A stretch of DNA of 64,000 nucleotides from assembly GCA_963745235.1 (NCBI GenBank), contig CAVUXE010000052.1:1-64000 (forward strand), written 5' to 3'. Of the stretch, positions 51,088-59,819 are shown in pieces. This stretch comes from an uncultured Spirochaetota bacterium (GTDB lineage: Bacteria > Spirochaetota > Spirochaetia > SZUA-6 > Fen-1364). Position 1 is the stretch's first letter; every line of letters starts with the position of its first letter. The notes under the pieces were generated by a model, which had not been told where the DNA came from, did not search any database, and saw nothing but the letters and a program-made list of their open reading frames with translations. Both the position numbers and the translations under genes were made by a program.

Positions 51088-52281
51088 ATGCGGAAAACGT
51101 TCGTGCTCGCGTTCCTGGTGAGCATCCCGCTTCTGGCCTACGCGCAGCAGCCAACGCTGTTCGTCTCCGAGTCCGACCACTATCGCGTGGTTTCCGAGAC
51201 AAGCCAGTCCCAGGCTGAGGACCTCTCCCGCCGGATGGAGGCGGCCCTCACCCTCTACAACGGCATATTCCACTTCGACCTCACGCAGCTTCCGGCCAAG
51301 TTCAACGTGAAGATCTTCAAGGACCTGGACAGCTTCAACGCTTATGTCTCCAGCGTGATCTCCCAGACGCGGACGGACTTCGTATTCATCTCGTGGTCTG
51401 ATCCCTCGAAATCGGAGCTGCTTTGCTTCCCCAAGGAGGAGAAAGCCTTCACCGTGTCCATGCTTCACCAGGGCGCCATCCAGTTCCTGAAGGGATTCGT
51501 GGACAACGCTCCCCTCTGGCTTCGCGAAGGGGTCGCCACCTACCTCGATGCATCACCCTATGACCCGAAGACAGGCTCCTTCACTTTCCGCGCGAACCTC
51601 CTGTGGCTGGACGGCTTGAAGGCGAACATCCGCGGGGAGACCCCGGAAAAGGAGATTCCATTCACGGACCTTCTCAATTTCACCCGTGACATGGCCCAGG
51701 CGCAGCAGGAGATCTTCATGCAGGAATCCTGGGGCCTCGTGCACTTCCTCCTGTCCTCCCCGCAGCCGGAGTACAACCGGGTCATATGGGATGCAATCAG
51801 CGCCCTTGACCCCAAGGCGAGCCTTGAGATCAACTCCGTCAAGGTTCGCAAACGCGCTTTCTCATGGATCGCTGACCAGAAGCTCGACCTTGACTTCCAG
51901 ACTTTCATGCTTTCCCTCAAGACGGGCAGCGACCTGGTGCGTGACGGGATTGACCAGTACACCAAGGGAGACCTCACCGCCGCGGAGAAGACCCTGACGA
52001 ACGCGGTCGACCTGCAACCGGAGACCAGCGCGGGCTGGTACTATCTTGGCCTGATCTCCTACTCCCGCAAGGACTACGCGAAGGCTGACGACCTCTACAT
52101 GAAAGCGTTCCAGCTCGGGGCCAACGCGGCCACCATCAATTATGCCCTGGGGGTGAACGCATTCGCTGCCGGCAGGAATGCCGACGCTTCGAAGTACCTC
52201 ACGTTCGCAAAGGATGCGGACCCCGCCACGTACGGGGACAAGGTGAACGCCCTCCTGAAGAGGATGGAGTCGTCAAGATAG
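51088..52281 (+). CDS. Exported protein with degenerate zincin-like region and C-terminal TPRs
   Basis: SD GGAGG; signal peptide; HQGAIQF..PLWLREGVATY; SWGLVHFLL; YYLG TPRs. Confidence 0.7.
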   Translation: MRKTFVLAFLVSIPLLAYAQQPTLFVSESDHYRVVSETSQSQAEDLSRRMEAALTLYNGIFHFDLTQLPAKFNVKIFKDLDSFNAYVSSVISQTRTDFVFISWSDPSKSELLCFPKEEKAFTVSMLHQGAIQFLKGFVDNAPLWLREGVATYLDASPYDPKTGSFTFRANLLWLDGLKANIRGETPEKEIPFTDLLNFTRDMAQAQQEIFMQESWGLVHFLLSSPQPEYNRVIWDAISALDPKASLEINSVKVRKRAFSWIADQKLDLDFQTFMLSLKTGSDLVRDGIDQYTKGDLTAAEKTLTNAVDLQPETSAGWYYLGLISYSRKDYAKADDLYMKAFQLGANAATINYALGVNAFAAGRNADASKYLTFAKDADPATYGDKVNALLKRMESSR

Positions 52282-52283
52282 AC

Positions 52284-52299
52284 GGCCATCGAGATGGCC
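52284..52299. terminator. Hairpin between convergent genes
   Basis: GGCCATC-GA-GATGGCC. Confidence 0.45.
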
Positions 52300-52301
52300 C
52301 C

Positions 52302-53501
52302 CTACTCTTTCTGACCTCCCTGACTCCTCTTTCTCCCGCGGCGCCGGCGGCGTCGATGCCTCCGCGGTGCACCGTCGCGCCCCGCTCCCGGGGGGAGGTC
52401 CGTTTCCCGCGCTTGAGCGCGGGGCTGGCGGGCGGTGATCTCTTCCTCGAAGGACTCCGCGGCTTCGGCCAGGTCTTTCTTCGACGGGAACAGGGGCTCA
52501 GACACGGTCCGCAGGTACTGCTGGATCAGGAAACGGGCATCCGGATCCCGCAGAATGTCCTCCCGGGCCGCAATGAGATCCCGGAAGAGCAAGCCAAACA
52601 TTGATGTGCGTGCAAGCGCATGACCGGCATCGTAGTCCTGGTCGATGCGACGGAGCCTCTCCCACAATGGGCCAGCGGTGAACTTCGCCCTTCTCTCATG
52701 CAGGTCCTTCGCGAGAGCCGGGAATATCGTTTCGAACAGGCGAAGCCGGAATCCCATATCGAATATCTCGGCCGCCCCACCGGAGGTCAGGATCTTGTAG
52801 ATCTCCTCCGTGACCCTCTCACGGGAGCACGTCAACAGCGACTCGTGATACCGCTTGATGAGCACGGAGACGGACAGGGGCACGGGAAACCGCATGAGAC
52901 TCGCGTATTTCACTGCGCGGATCATGCGCACGGGGTCCTCTGTGAACGAGGATTCCGCGGGAATCAGAGTGCGAAGCCTGCGCTGGCGGATGTCCGCGAA
53001 TCCTCCGACGTAGTCGATGATGTGACGGTCCACGGGACAGTAGTACAGGGCGTTGATGGTGAAATCCCGGCGCTCCGCATCCTCCTCCATGGTCCCAAAG
53101 CGGTTGTTGACGTCCCCGCCGTCCAGATCATTTGACGCCTCAACGGCTCCCGACCCGCGCGCGCGGAAGGTCGTCACCTCGATGACTTTTTCCCGTCCGC
53201 AATAGACGTGGACGATGCGGAACCTGCGGCCGATGATCCGCGCAGACCTGAACACGCGGCGGACCTGCTGCGGATGGGCGTCGGTGGCGACATCGAAGTC
53301 GTTCGGAGTGCGGCCCACGACGAGGTCCCGAACCGCGCCGCCCACGATGTAGGCGTGAAAGCCGTCCTTTCGCAGACGACGCACCACCCAAACGGCATCC
53401 GGGTCCACGAGCCCCAGGTTTATCCCGTGCTCACCCTCCGTGTAGATATGCGCTTTCTTTTCTATTGCACCGTCTGGTGTTGTTCTATATCTGAAAAGCA
53501 A
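52302..53501 (-). CDS. pcnB: Poly(A) polymerase I (probable TTG start)
   Basis: IVGGAVRD, DFDVAT, PAP signature IIGRRFRIVHV, EVTTFR, RRDFTINAL, EDPVRMIRA, Arg-rich tail. Confidence 0.92.
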   Translation of the reverse strand: MLFRYRTTPDGAIEKKAHIYTEGEHGINLGLVDPDAVWVVRRLRKDGFHAYIVGGAVRDLVVGRTPNDFDVATDAHPQQVRRVFRSARIIGRRFRIVHVYCGREKVIEVTTFRARGSGAVEASNDLDGGDVNNRFGTMEEDAERRDFTINALYYCPVDRHIIDYVGGFADIRQRRLRTLIPAESSFTEDPVRMIRAVKYASLMRFPVPLSVSVLIKRYHESLLTCSRERVTEEIYKILTSGGAAEIFDMGFRLRLFETIFPALAKDLHERRAKFTAGPLWERLRRIDQDYDAGHALARTSMFGLLFRDLIAAREDILRDPDARFLIQQYLRTVSEPLFPSKKDLAEAAESFEEEITARQPRAQARETDLPPGAGRDGAPRRHRRRRRRGRKRSQGGQKE

Positions 53502-53678
53502 GCTGAAATCCCGGTTTCCTCCGCCCCCGTGTGCGGCGCGGCCAGATTGCGCGCCAGTGTCCCCATGGTAACTCACCGCGGGCTGGGATGCAAGGCGGCG
53601 AACCGGCAGGCAGCGGTCAAAATCTCTGTTGCAGCCGCCAGCCAACCGGTTTACCATAGGCGATCCCATGGAGGTATC

Positions 53679-54815
53679 ATGCTGCCCATCGAGATCCGCA
53701 GGGTGAGGTCGAAAAAAGACAGGGCCGTATTCGTCACAATGCCCTGGAAGCTGTATCGCGAAGACCATCACTGGGTTCCACCACTCATCGGTGACCAGAT
53801 GCAGTTCATCGACCCGTCCCGCGGAGTGTTCTTCGATCATGGAGAAGCGGAGCTCTTCCTTGCATACCGGGGCGCTGAACCCGTGGGAAGAATCAGCGCG
53901 CACGTCAACACGCGCTATGACGAGTACTATGCGGACGGAAAAGGGTTCGTGGGTTTCTTCGAGTGCGAGGACAACGCGGACACCGCTCAGGCGCTGTTCG
54001 CCGCGGCCGGCGGCTGGCTCAGCGCGAAGGGAAGGAAGTTCGCCGAGGGGCCGATGAGCTTCGGTGTGTACGACGAAACGGGCATCCTCATAGACGGGTT
54101 CGACACGGACCCCTACGTCCTCACCGGGCACAATCCGCCCTATTACCAGCGCCTGTTCGAGACAAACGGATGGGGAAAGTCCGTGGACTGGTACGCATTT
54201 CGGGGCAGGGCGAGCGTGTTCAGGAAAGAGCTGAACCCCCGCTACTTCGTGCTCTCCCAGAGAGTGATCAAGAGAAACGGGCTCACCATCCGCCAGGCGG
54301 ACATGAGGCATCACCTCGACCGGGAAGCGCAGATCGTGCAGCGGATTTTCGCCACCGCGTGGAACAGGAACTGGGGTCATGTCCCGCTCACCGACAAGGA
54401 GTTCGACCGGCTGAAGGATGGCGTCAAACAGTTCGTGATCCCCGAGCTCACTTTCATCGTGGAGCTGGACGGGAGGCCCGTCGGATTTGCCCTTGCCATT
54501 TATGACGCAAACGTGGCCGTCAAGAAGGTCAACGGCCGCCTTTTCCCGTTCGGCTTCATCACGCTGCTCGCCACCATGAAGAAGACGCGCAGGTTCCGCC
54601 TGGTCCTGATGGGCGTCCTGGAGGAGTACCGCCACCAGGGGATCGAGGTGGCCATGTATTCCCATGTCATCCAGGAAGGAATGCGCAGGGGCTTCGAGGA
54701 AGTGGAAATGTCAATGATCGTGGAAACCAACGAGGCCATGATCAACTCCGCGGAGCGGATGCCCGTGGAGCGCTACAGAACGTGGAGAATTTACCGAAAG
54801 GATCTCTCAGCATGA
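53679..54815 (+). CDS. GNAT-fold acyltransferase, YghO/bacterial ceramide-synthase-like family
   Basis: SD GGAGG; PW.LY..D.HWVPPL, VGRISA, GFFEC, GP..F..DETGILIDGF, HNPPYY, NWGHVP, MGV..EY..QG. Confidence 0.8.
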   Translation: MLPIEIRRVRSKKDRAVFVTMPWKLYREDHHWVPPLIGDQMQFIDPSRGVFFDHGEAELFLAYRGAEPVGRISAHVNTRYDEYYADGKGFVGFFECEDNADTAQALFAAAGGWLSAKGRKFAEGPMSFGVYDETGILIDGFDTDPYVLTGHNPPYYQRLFETNGWGKSVDWYAFRGRASVFRKELNPRYFVLSQRVIKRNGLTIRQADMRHHLDREAQIVQRIFATAWNRNWGHVPLTDKEFDRLKDGVKQFVIPELTFIVELDGRPVGFALAIYDANVAVKKVNGRLFPFGFITLLATMKKTRRFRLVLMGVLEEYRHQGIEVAMYSHVIQEGMRRGFEEVEMSMIVETNEAMINSAERMPVERYRTWRIYRKDLSA

Positions 54816-56116
54816 AGGACCTCATCGAACCTCGCGTGCTCAAGGGCTTTCGCGATTTCCTTCCCGACAAGGAGGCGCAGAGGCTGGCAATCCTCAGGAA
54901 ACTTGAGGAGGTCTTCCGGCTTTGCGGCTTCTCTCCCATAGATACTCCCGTGCTGGAATACGCGGAGGTCCTGCTGGGCAAGGGCGGCGGGGAAACCGAC
55001 AAGCAGGTGTACCGGTTCAAGGATCATGGGGACAGGGACGTGGCTCTCCGGTTCGACCTCACCGTGCCGTTTGCCCGGTTCATGGCCGCCCACCTGAACG
55101 AGGTTCCCCTGCCCTTCCGCCGGTGGCACGGGGCGAAGGTGTGGCGCGGGGAGAACACGCAGCGAGGCCGCTACCGCGAGTTCATGCAGGTGGACTTCGA
55201 CATCGTCGGCCCTGACTCGGCCTCCGCAGACCTGGAGATCCTCCTCCTCATGCGTCGATGCATGAGAGCCCTCGGCATGGAGAAATCCACCATTCACTTC
55301 GCGCACCGGGGGGTATTCAACTCATTCATCGCCGGGCTCGGGCTCCAATCCCAGACCGTCGAGGTCCTTCGAACCATCGACAAGGCGCGCAAGGTGGGCG
55401 AGGAAAAAACAGGGGAGGCCCTGGAACAGGCGGTTGGTGCGGAAAATGCCCGCACGATCATGCAGTTCATCGAGCCACGGGAAGGGATGAAGTCCCTGGA
55501 CAGGCTGCAGGAGATGGTGGGGAGTGAAAACGAAGGTGTGCAGAGGCTTTCTGCAATCTCCTCCTGCCTGGATGATACCGGTGTCTCCTCTTCGTTCTCA
55601 TTGGATCCTTCCATCACACGGGGACTGGACTACTACACGGGCGTGGTATTCGAAACGTTTCTCTCTGAGCTTCCCGCAATCGGCTCCGTCTGCTCCGGCG
55701 GCCGGTACAACGACCTCGCCTCCCTCTACACGCACCAGAGGCTGCCCGGCGTGGGAGCATCCATCGGCATCGACCGCCTGATGGCGGCAATCGAAGAGCT
55801 GGGCCTCGAAGCGTCCGCCACATCCGCTCCGTCCCTGCTCATTGCGTGCCTCGCGGAGCGGCTTGTGGGAGACTACCACAAGAAGGCGGAAGCCTTTCGG
55901 GAGGCGGGAATCCCGGCGGAAGTCTACCCGGAGCAGAAGAAGCTGGCCGTCCAGTTCACCTATGCGGAGAAAAGGGGGATACCCCTGGCCCTTGTGATCG
56001 GAGAAAAGGAAAGCGGCGAAGGGATAGTCGGGCTGAAAGACCTCCGCTCCCGTCAAAGCTATGACGGGCTTACACTCGAAACCGCGATAGGTAAAGCGAA
56101 AGAGCTGCTTCGGTAA
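54812..56116 (+). CDS. hisS: Histidine--tRNA ligase
   Basis: GFRDFLP, LRFDLTVPFAR, RGENTQRGRYREF.Q.DFD, RGLDYYTG, GGRYNDL. Confidence 0.97.
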   Translation: MKDLIEPRVLKGFRDFLPDKEAQRLAILRKLEEVFRLCGFSPIDTPVLEYAEVLLGKGGGETDKQVYRFKDHGDRDVALRFDLTVPFARFMAAHLNEVPLPFRRWHGAKVWRGENTQRGRYREFMQVDFDIVGPDSASADLEILLLMRRCMRALGMEKSTIHFAHRGVFNSFIAGLGLQSQTVEVLRTIDKARKVGEEKTGEALEQAVGAENARTIMQFIEPREGMKSLDRLQEMVGSENEGVQRLSAISSCLDDTGVSSSFSLDPSITRGLDYYTGVVFETFLSELPAIGSVCSGGRYNDLASLYTHQRLPGVGASIGIDRLMAAIEELGLEASATSAPSLLIACLAERLVGDYHKKAEAFREAGIPAEVYPEQKKLAVQFTYAEKRGIPLALVIGEKESGEGIVGLKDLRSRQSYDGLTLETAIGKAKELLR

Positions 56117-56951
56117 TCCCCAGGGACGCGGCGGAAACCGCGCGCGGAGTGTCCTCCTGCGTATGCCACTGGGGGTAGTCCAGGTCAATGAGGAGGCATG
56201 ACGGGACCCCCCTGCGCGCAAAAGGGTGATGATCCGAGATGATGTATTTCAGGCGCTGGGGCTTGCTTTGCGTGAATGGCGCCCATCCGCGGGAGGCTCC
56301 CAAGCCGAACAGCTCCTGGGTGAGGCGCCTTTCCGCCGGGAACATGAAGATATGGGCGTCGATGTCAAACACCATCCCGACGCCTCCCACCATGTCGAGC
56401 ACGACGACCTCCGCAGGCGGCACGCCCCAGGCCGGATGGCAGGCGCACCACTCTGCCCCCATGGAGAAGTCGTTCCCATCGATGTTCCCCAGGTCCTCGG
56501 CATCGAAAAATGCGACAAGCACGTCCCTCGAAAGCCTCTGCAGCGCAAGCCATTCCAGCATGTGGAGGAAGATCGCGGTGCCGGAGCCTCCGTCGTTGGC
56601 GCCGGGGATGGGACACTCCCGCCGGGCGAGGTCCGAGTCCCTGTCTGCCCGGGGCCGCGTGTCGAAATGCGTGCCCAGGAGAACCGGGCCGCCGGAAGGG
56701 TTGGCGCAACGAAATGCGCCTATGATGTTGGCACAGCTGACGGCTTGACCGCGGAAGGGCACCCGGAAGTCCTGCCGCATGACCTCCGTGGCGGATGAAC
56801 GCAGCCGATCTTCCAGCATTGCAAGGAGGCGTCCGTGCGGGGGTGTCCCGGGGACCCGGGGGCCCAGGGCCACCTGCTCCTCCACCAGGGCAAGGATCTC
56901 CCGCCCGGCTTCCTCCTCAGGTGATGTCGTGGACAATCTGGTTCTCGACAA
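56070..56951 (-). CDS. M28 family peptidase/glutaminyl cyclase-like protein
   Basis: GPRVPGT, HFDTRP, GANDGGSG, FDAED, LDMVG, SDH.PF, WHT.ED. Confidence 0.88.
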   Translation of the reverse strand: MSRTRLSTTSPEEEAGREILALVEEQVALGPRVPGTPPHGRLLAMLEDRLRSSATEVMRQDFRVPFRGQAVSCANIIGAFRCANPSGGPVLLGTHFDTRPRADRDSDLARRECPIPGANDGGSGTAIFLHMLEWLALQRLSRDVLVAFFDAEDLGNIDGNDFSMGAEWCACHPAWGVPPAEVVVLDMVGGVGMVFDIDAHIFMFPAERRLTQELFGLGASRGWAPFTQSKPQRLKYIISDHHPFARRGVPSCLLIDLDYPQWHTQEDTPRAVSAASLGITEAALSLYLSRFRV

Positions 56952-58063
56952 GGCGCAGGCTTACCCGCCTGGACGACGGCTCGGAGAAGGCCTCGAAGGC
57001 CGCCTCTTCGAGGTACCTGATGAAGCTCGCCTCCAGGGCGCGGGCGCCGGTTTCCTTGCGCACGCTCTCTTCGACGATCCGCTCCAGGACCTTGTCTTCT
57101 ATCACGAGCTCCTTTCCCTCGAGATGGAACTCGTTCATGTATTGAGCCACGAGGCTGCCGCGGAGGATCTCCGCGAGCTGCTCACGCGTGAGGGCCTGGA
57201 AGGGAACGATGCGGCGGAACCGCCCGATGAGCTCGGGAAGGAACCCGTAGTTCATGAAGTTCCGCGCCAGGGTCACGTCGTCCTCGGTGTATGAAACGGC
57301 TATCTTGCCCAGCTCTCCCGTTGCCGGCTCCCGACCGAAGCCGATGTGCTCCGTGTTTCCCTGGTCGATCATCCCCTTGAGGCCGGAGAAAGCGCCGCAG
57401 GCGATGAAGCCGATGTCCTGCGTCGACATCACCGCCTTGGGCGCGTAGTCAGAATGCGTGTACTCCAGGGGAACGGGCATCTCGATGGATTCCAGCATCT
57501 TGAGGAGCTCCCGCTGAACGCCGAGTCCGGAAACATCCTTGGTGGTCCCTGCCCCGGAGAAGACCGCGCTGTTCTGCCCGGAGGCGAGCTTGTCGAACTC
57601 ATCGAGGCAGACGATCCCTATGGCCGCGTAGGCGATGCTCATGTCCGCCGCATAGAGGAGCCGCGTGAGGATGGAGTTGACGTCCTGGCCGACGTAGCCG
57701 GTCTCGGAGAAGCCCGTCATGTCGATGACGACAGTCGGCAGCCTCAGGATGTCGCGAAAAAGGATTTCAACGAGGTACGTCTTTCCGCAGCCGGTCGGGC
57801 CGACGAAAAGCATGGTGGTCTTGGGCGGCAGGTTCTCCCGCCGGGCCCCTTCGAGCCAGATTCGTCGCAGCCGGCTCGACATGGCGATATGCGCCGAGGG
57901 CTATTGCGCGGACCGCCTTCAGCTGGCCGACGTACCCGCAGGAAGCTATGTGCGCCTCGATCTCGCGCGGAAGAAGCACGGGAATGGTTCGCACGAAGGC
58001 CGCGACTTCCTGGTCGAAGCGCTCCGGCCGAGCGCCCTTCTTGCCGGGTGTGAGGATGGCGAT
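56917..58063 (-). CDS. ClpX-like AAA+ unfoldase without N-terminal zinc-binding domain; frameshift near 57880; start uncertain
   Basis: YVGQ..A, GPTGCGKT, ETGYVG.DV, LDEFDK, KDVSG.GVQ..LLK, IGF loop, PELIGRF, TGARAL. Confidence 0.85.
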
Positions 58064-58154
58064 CTCCTCCCTGTTGCCTATAGTGTACTCTCACCAGGCT
58101 TGCCGCGACAATAGAGAACGCCCCCTGAGAGGGCCGCCCGCGACTCGGGGAGGC

Positions 58155-58802
58155 CTACGCCTCTGGAGGGCCCTCGGGAAGGCTTATGCCTTCACGGGGC
58201 TGGACGAGAATTTCTTCCTTGCCGCGGGCGGAGTACGCGATGACCTCCCGCTTCAGAAGCTGGGCAAGCATTGCCTGCACTTCCTTCTCACTCATTCCGA
58301 GGTGCTCCGCCGCCCACAGGGTGAACTCCGCGAGGTTCACCCGGCTCCCCTTGTAGGTGGCGACGCCGTGCTCCTGCGCGTACTGCACGAGCCCCGCCCA
58401 GAGCTGGTTCTGCCTGTTGGTGGACATGAGGTTCTGGATGATTGCGTTCGCCCTTCGGATCCTCTCCGAGAGGATCCTGTTCATCTTGCGGGCAAAATCA
58501 GGATTTGATCCCATTGTGGATTCGTACAGCTTCTCGTTCAGGACGAGCAGCCGCGTGGGGTGCACGGCTACCGCCGTGGCGGAGCGGGGCATCTTCTCGA
58601 TGATGGCCATCTCCCCGAACATGTCTCCCTTGTTGAGCACCGTCAGCGTTTTGCTCGAGGAAGGTCCCGTTGCCTTTCGGATCTCCACCTGCCCTTCCAC
58701 GATGACAAACATCTCGTTTCCTTCCTCGTTCTCGCGGAAGATCACGTCACCGGCGCTGAAGAAGCGCAGATGCTTGTCATAGGTGCTCTTGTCGATCTTC
58801 AT
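58155..58802 (-). CDS. Cyclic-nucleotide-binding (Crp/Fnr-like) protein
   Basis: IFRENEEG.EMFVI.EG.V, GDMFGEMA, PRSATAVA. Confidence 0.85.
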   Translation of the reverse strand: MKIDKSTYDKHLRFFSAGDVIFRENEEGNEMFVIVEGQVEIRKATGPSSSKTLTVLNKGDMFGEMAIIEKMPRSATAVAVHPTRLLVLNEKLYESTMGSNPDFARKMNRILSERIRRANAIIQNLMSTNRQNQLWAGLVQYAQEHGVATYKGSRVNLAEFTLWAAEHLGMSEKEVQAMLAQLLKREVIAYSARGKEEILVQPREGISLPEGPPEA

Positions 58803-59819
58803 CTACATCGTGTCCTTTGCCAGAGCCGCGGCAAGGTCCCCCCCGGATACTTCCTGCAGCACTATGTCGCAGAGACCCCGCGGGATCACCAGCCTCACCC
58901 GTCCCTGGCGCTTTTTCTTGTCCCTTTCGAAGGCGGGTGCCAGCTCGTCATACCGAGTGCCCGCCTCCAACCGAAAGCCATACAGCAGCAGGAGAGACAG
59001 CACACGGTCTCGAAACCCGGCCTCCGTCAGACCCAGGTGGACCCCGGCGGAAAGCGCCCTTCCGATCCCCCAGGCCACCGCTTCCCCGTGGGTCCAGCCG
59101 GAGAAGCGCGTCGCGCTCTCCAGGGCGTGCCCGAAAGTATGCCCCAGATTCAAGACCGCCCGCATTCCCCTCTCCCGAGGGTCCTCCTGGACGATCCGTC
59201 CCTTGACCGCGATGCACCGCCGGATCATTTCCTCCAGGACCGCGGGCTCGCGCGCAATCACGTCAACGGATGAGCGTTCCAGGAGGGAAAAGAGCTCCCC
59301 GTCTCCGATGAGCGCGGTCTTGATCACTTCCGCGAGACCCGAGGTGTATTCCCTGGCGGGAAGAGGTCTCAGGAGAGAGACGTCGATGTAGATGCGGGAG
59401 GCGGGGTAGAAGGTTCCCACCAGGTTCTTGAAGCCCATGAAATCGATGCCTGTCTTGCCGCCAAGGGAGGCATCCACCATGGCAAGGAGCGTTGTCGGAA
59501 CAAGGACGAGCCCGCATCCCCGCATGTAAAGAGAAGCCGCAAAAGCAGCGACATCGCATACCACGCCGCCGCCCATGCCGACTACAGCGTCATCCCGCCC
59601 GAGCCCGAGGGATGCGCATTTTTCCAGCACGGATTCGACGCTTTTCCAGCACTTGGCGGGCTCCCCCGCCGGGATGGCCACCCAGCGCTCCACGCCGGCG
59701 CCGAAAAGGCCGTGCGTTGTCGCGTCAAACACGCGGAGAGAGCCGGCGGGCTCCAAAGGCGCTCCGAAGACGACATCCGTCCTTGTCCCCCCGACGTCGA
59801 AGGAGAGATTTCCCTTCAC
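58803..59819 (-). CDS. aroB: 3-dehydroquinate synthase
   Basis: GGGVVCD, YMRG, PTTLLAMVDASLGGKTG, KNLVGTF, LNLGHTFGHALE, HGEAV, DKK. Confidence 0.95.
   Translation of the reverse strand: MKGNLSFDVGGTRTDVVFGAPLEPAGSLRVFDATTHGLFGAGVERWVAIPAGEPAKCWKSVESVLEKCASLGLGRDDAVVGMGGGVVCDVAAFAASLYMRGCGLVLVPTTLLAMVDASLGGKTGIDFMGFKNLVGTFYPASRIYIDVSLLRPLPAREYTSGLAEVIKTALIGDGELFSLLERSSVDVIAREPAVLEEMIRRCIAVKGRIVQEDPRERGMRAVLNLGHTFGHALESATRFSGWTHGEAVAWGIGRALSAGVHLGLTEAGFRDRVLSLLLLYGFRLEAGTRYDELAPAFERDKKKRQGRVRLVIPRGLCDIVLQEVSGGDLAAALAKDTM

Noticed and set aside
52302-54665. 787-aa PcnB with long N-terminal extension, and the matching 535-aa GNAT extension (53208..)
   Set aside because: The extensions are antisense to the divergent neighbour; plausible starts are 53501 and 53679
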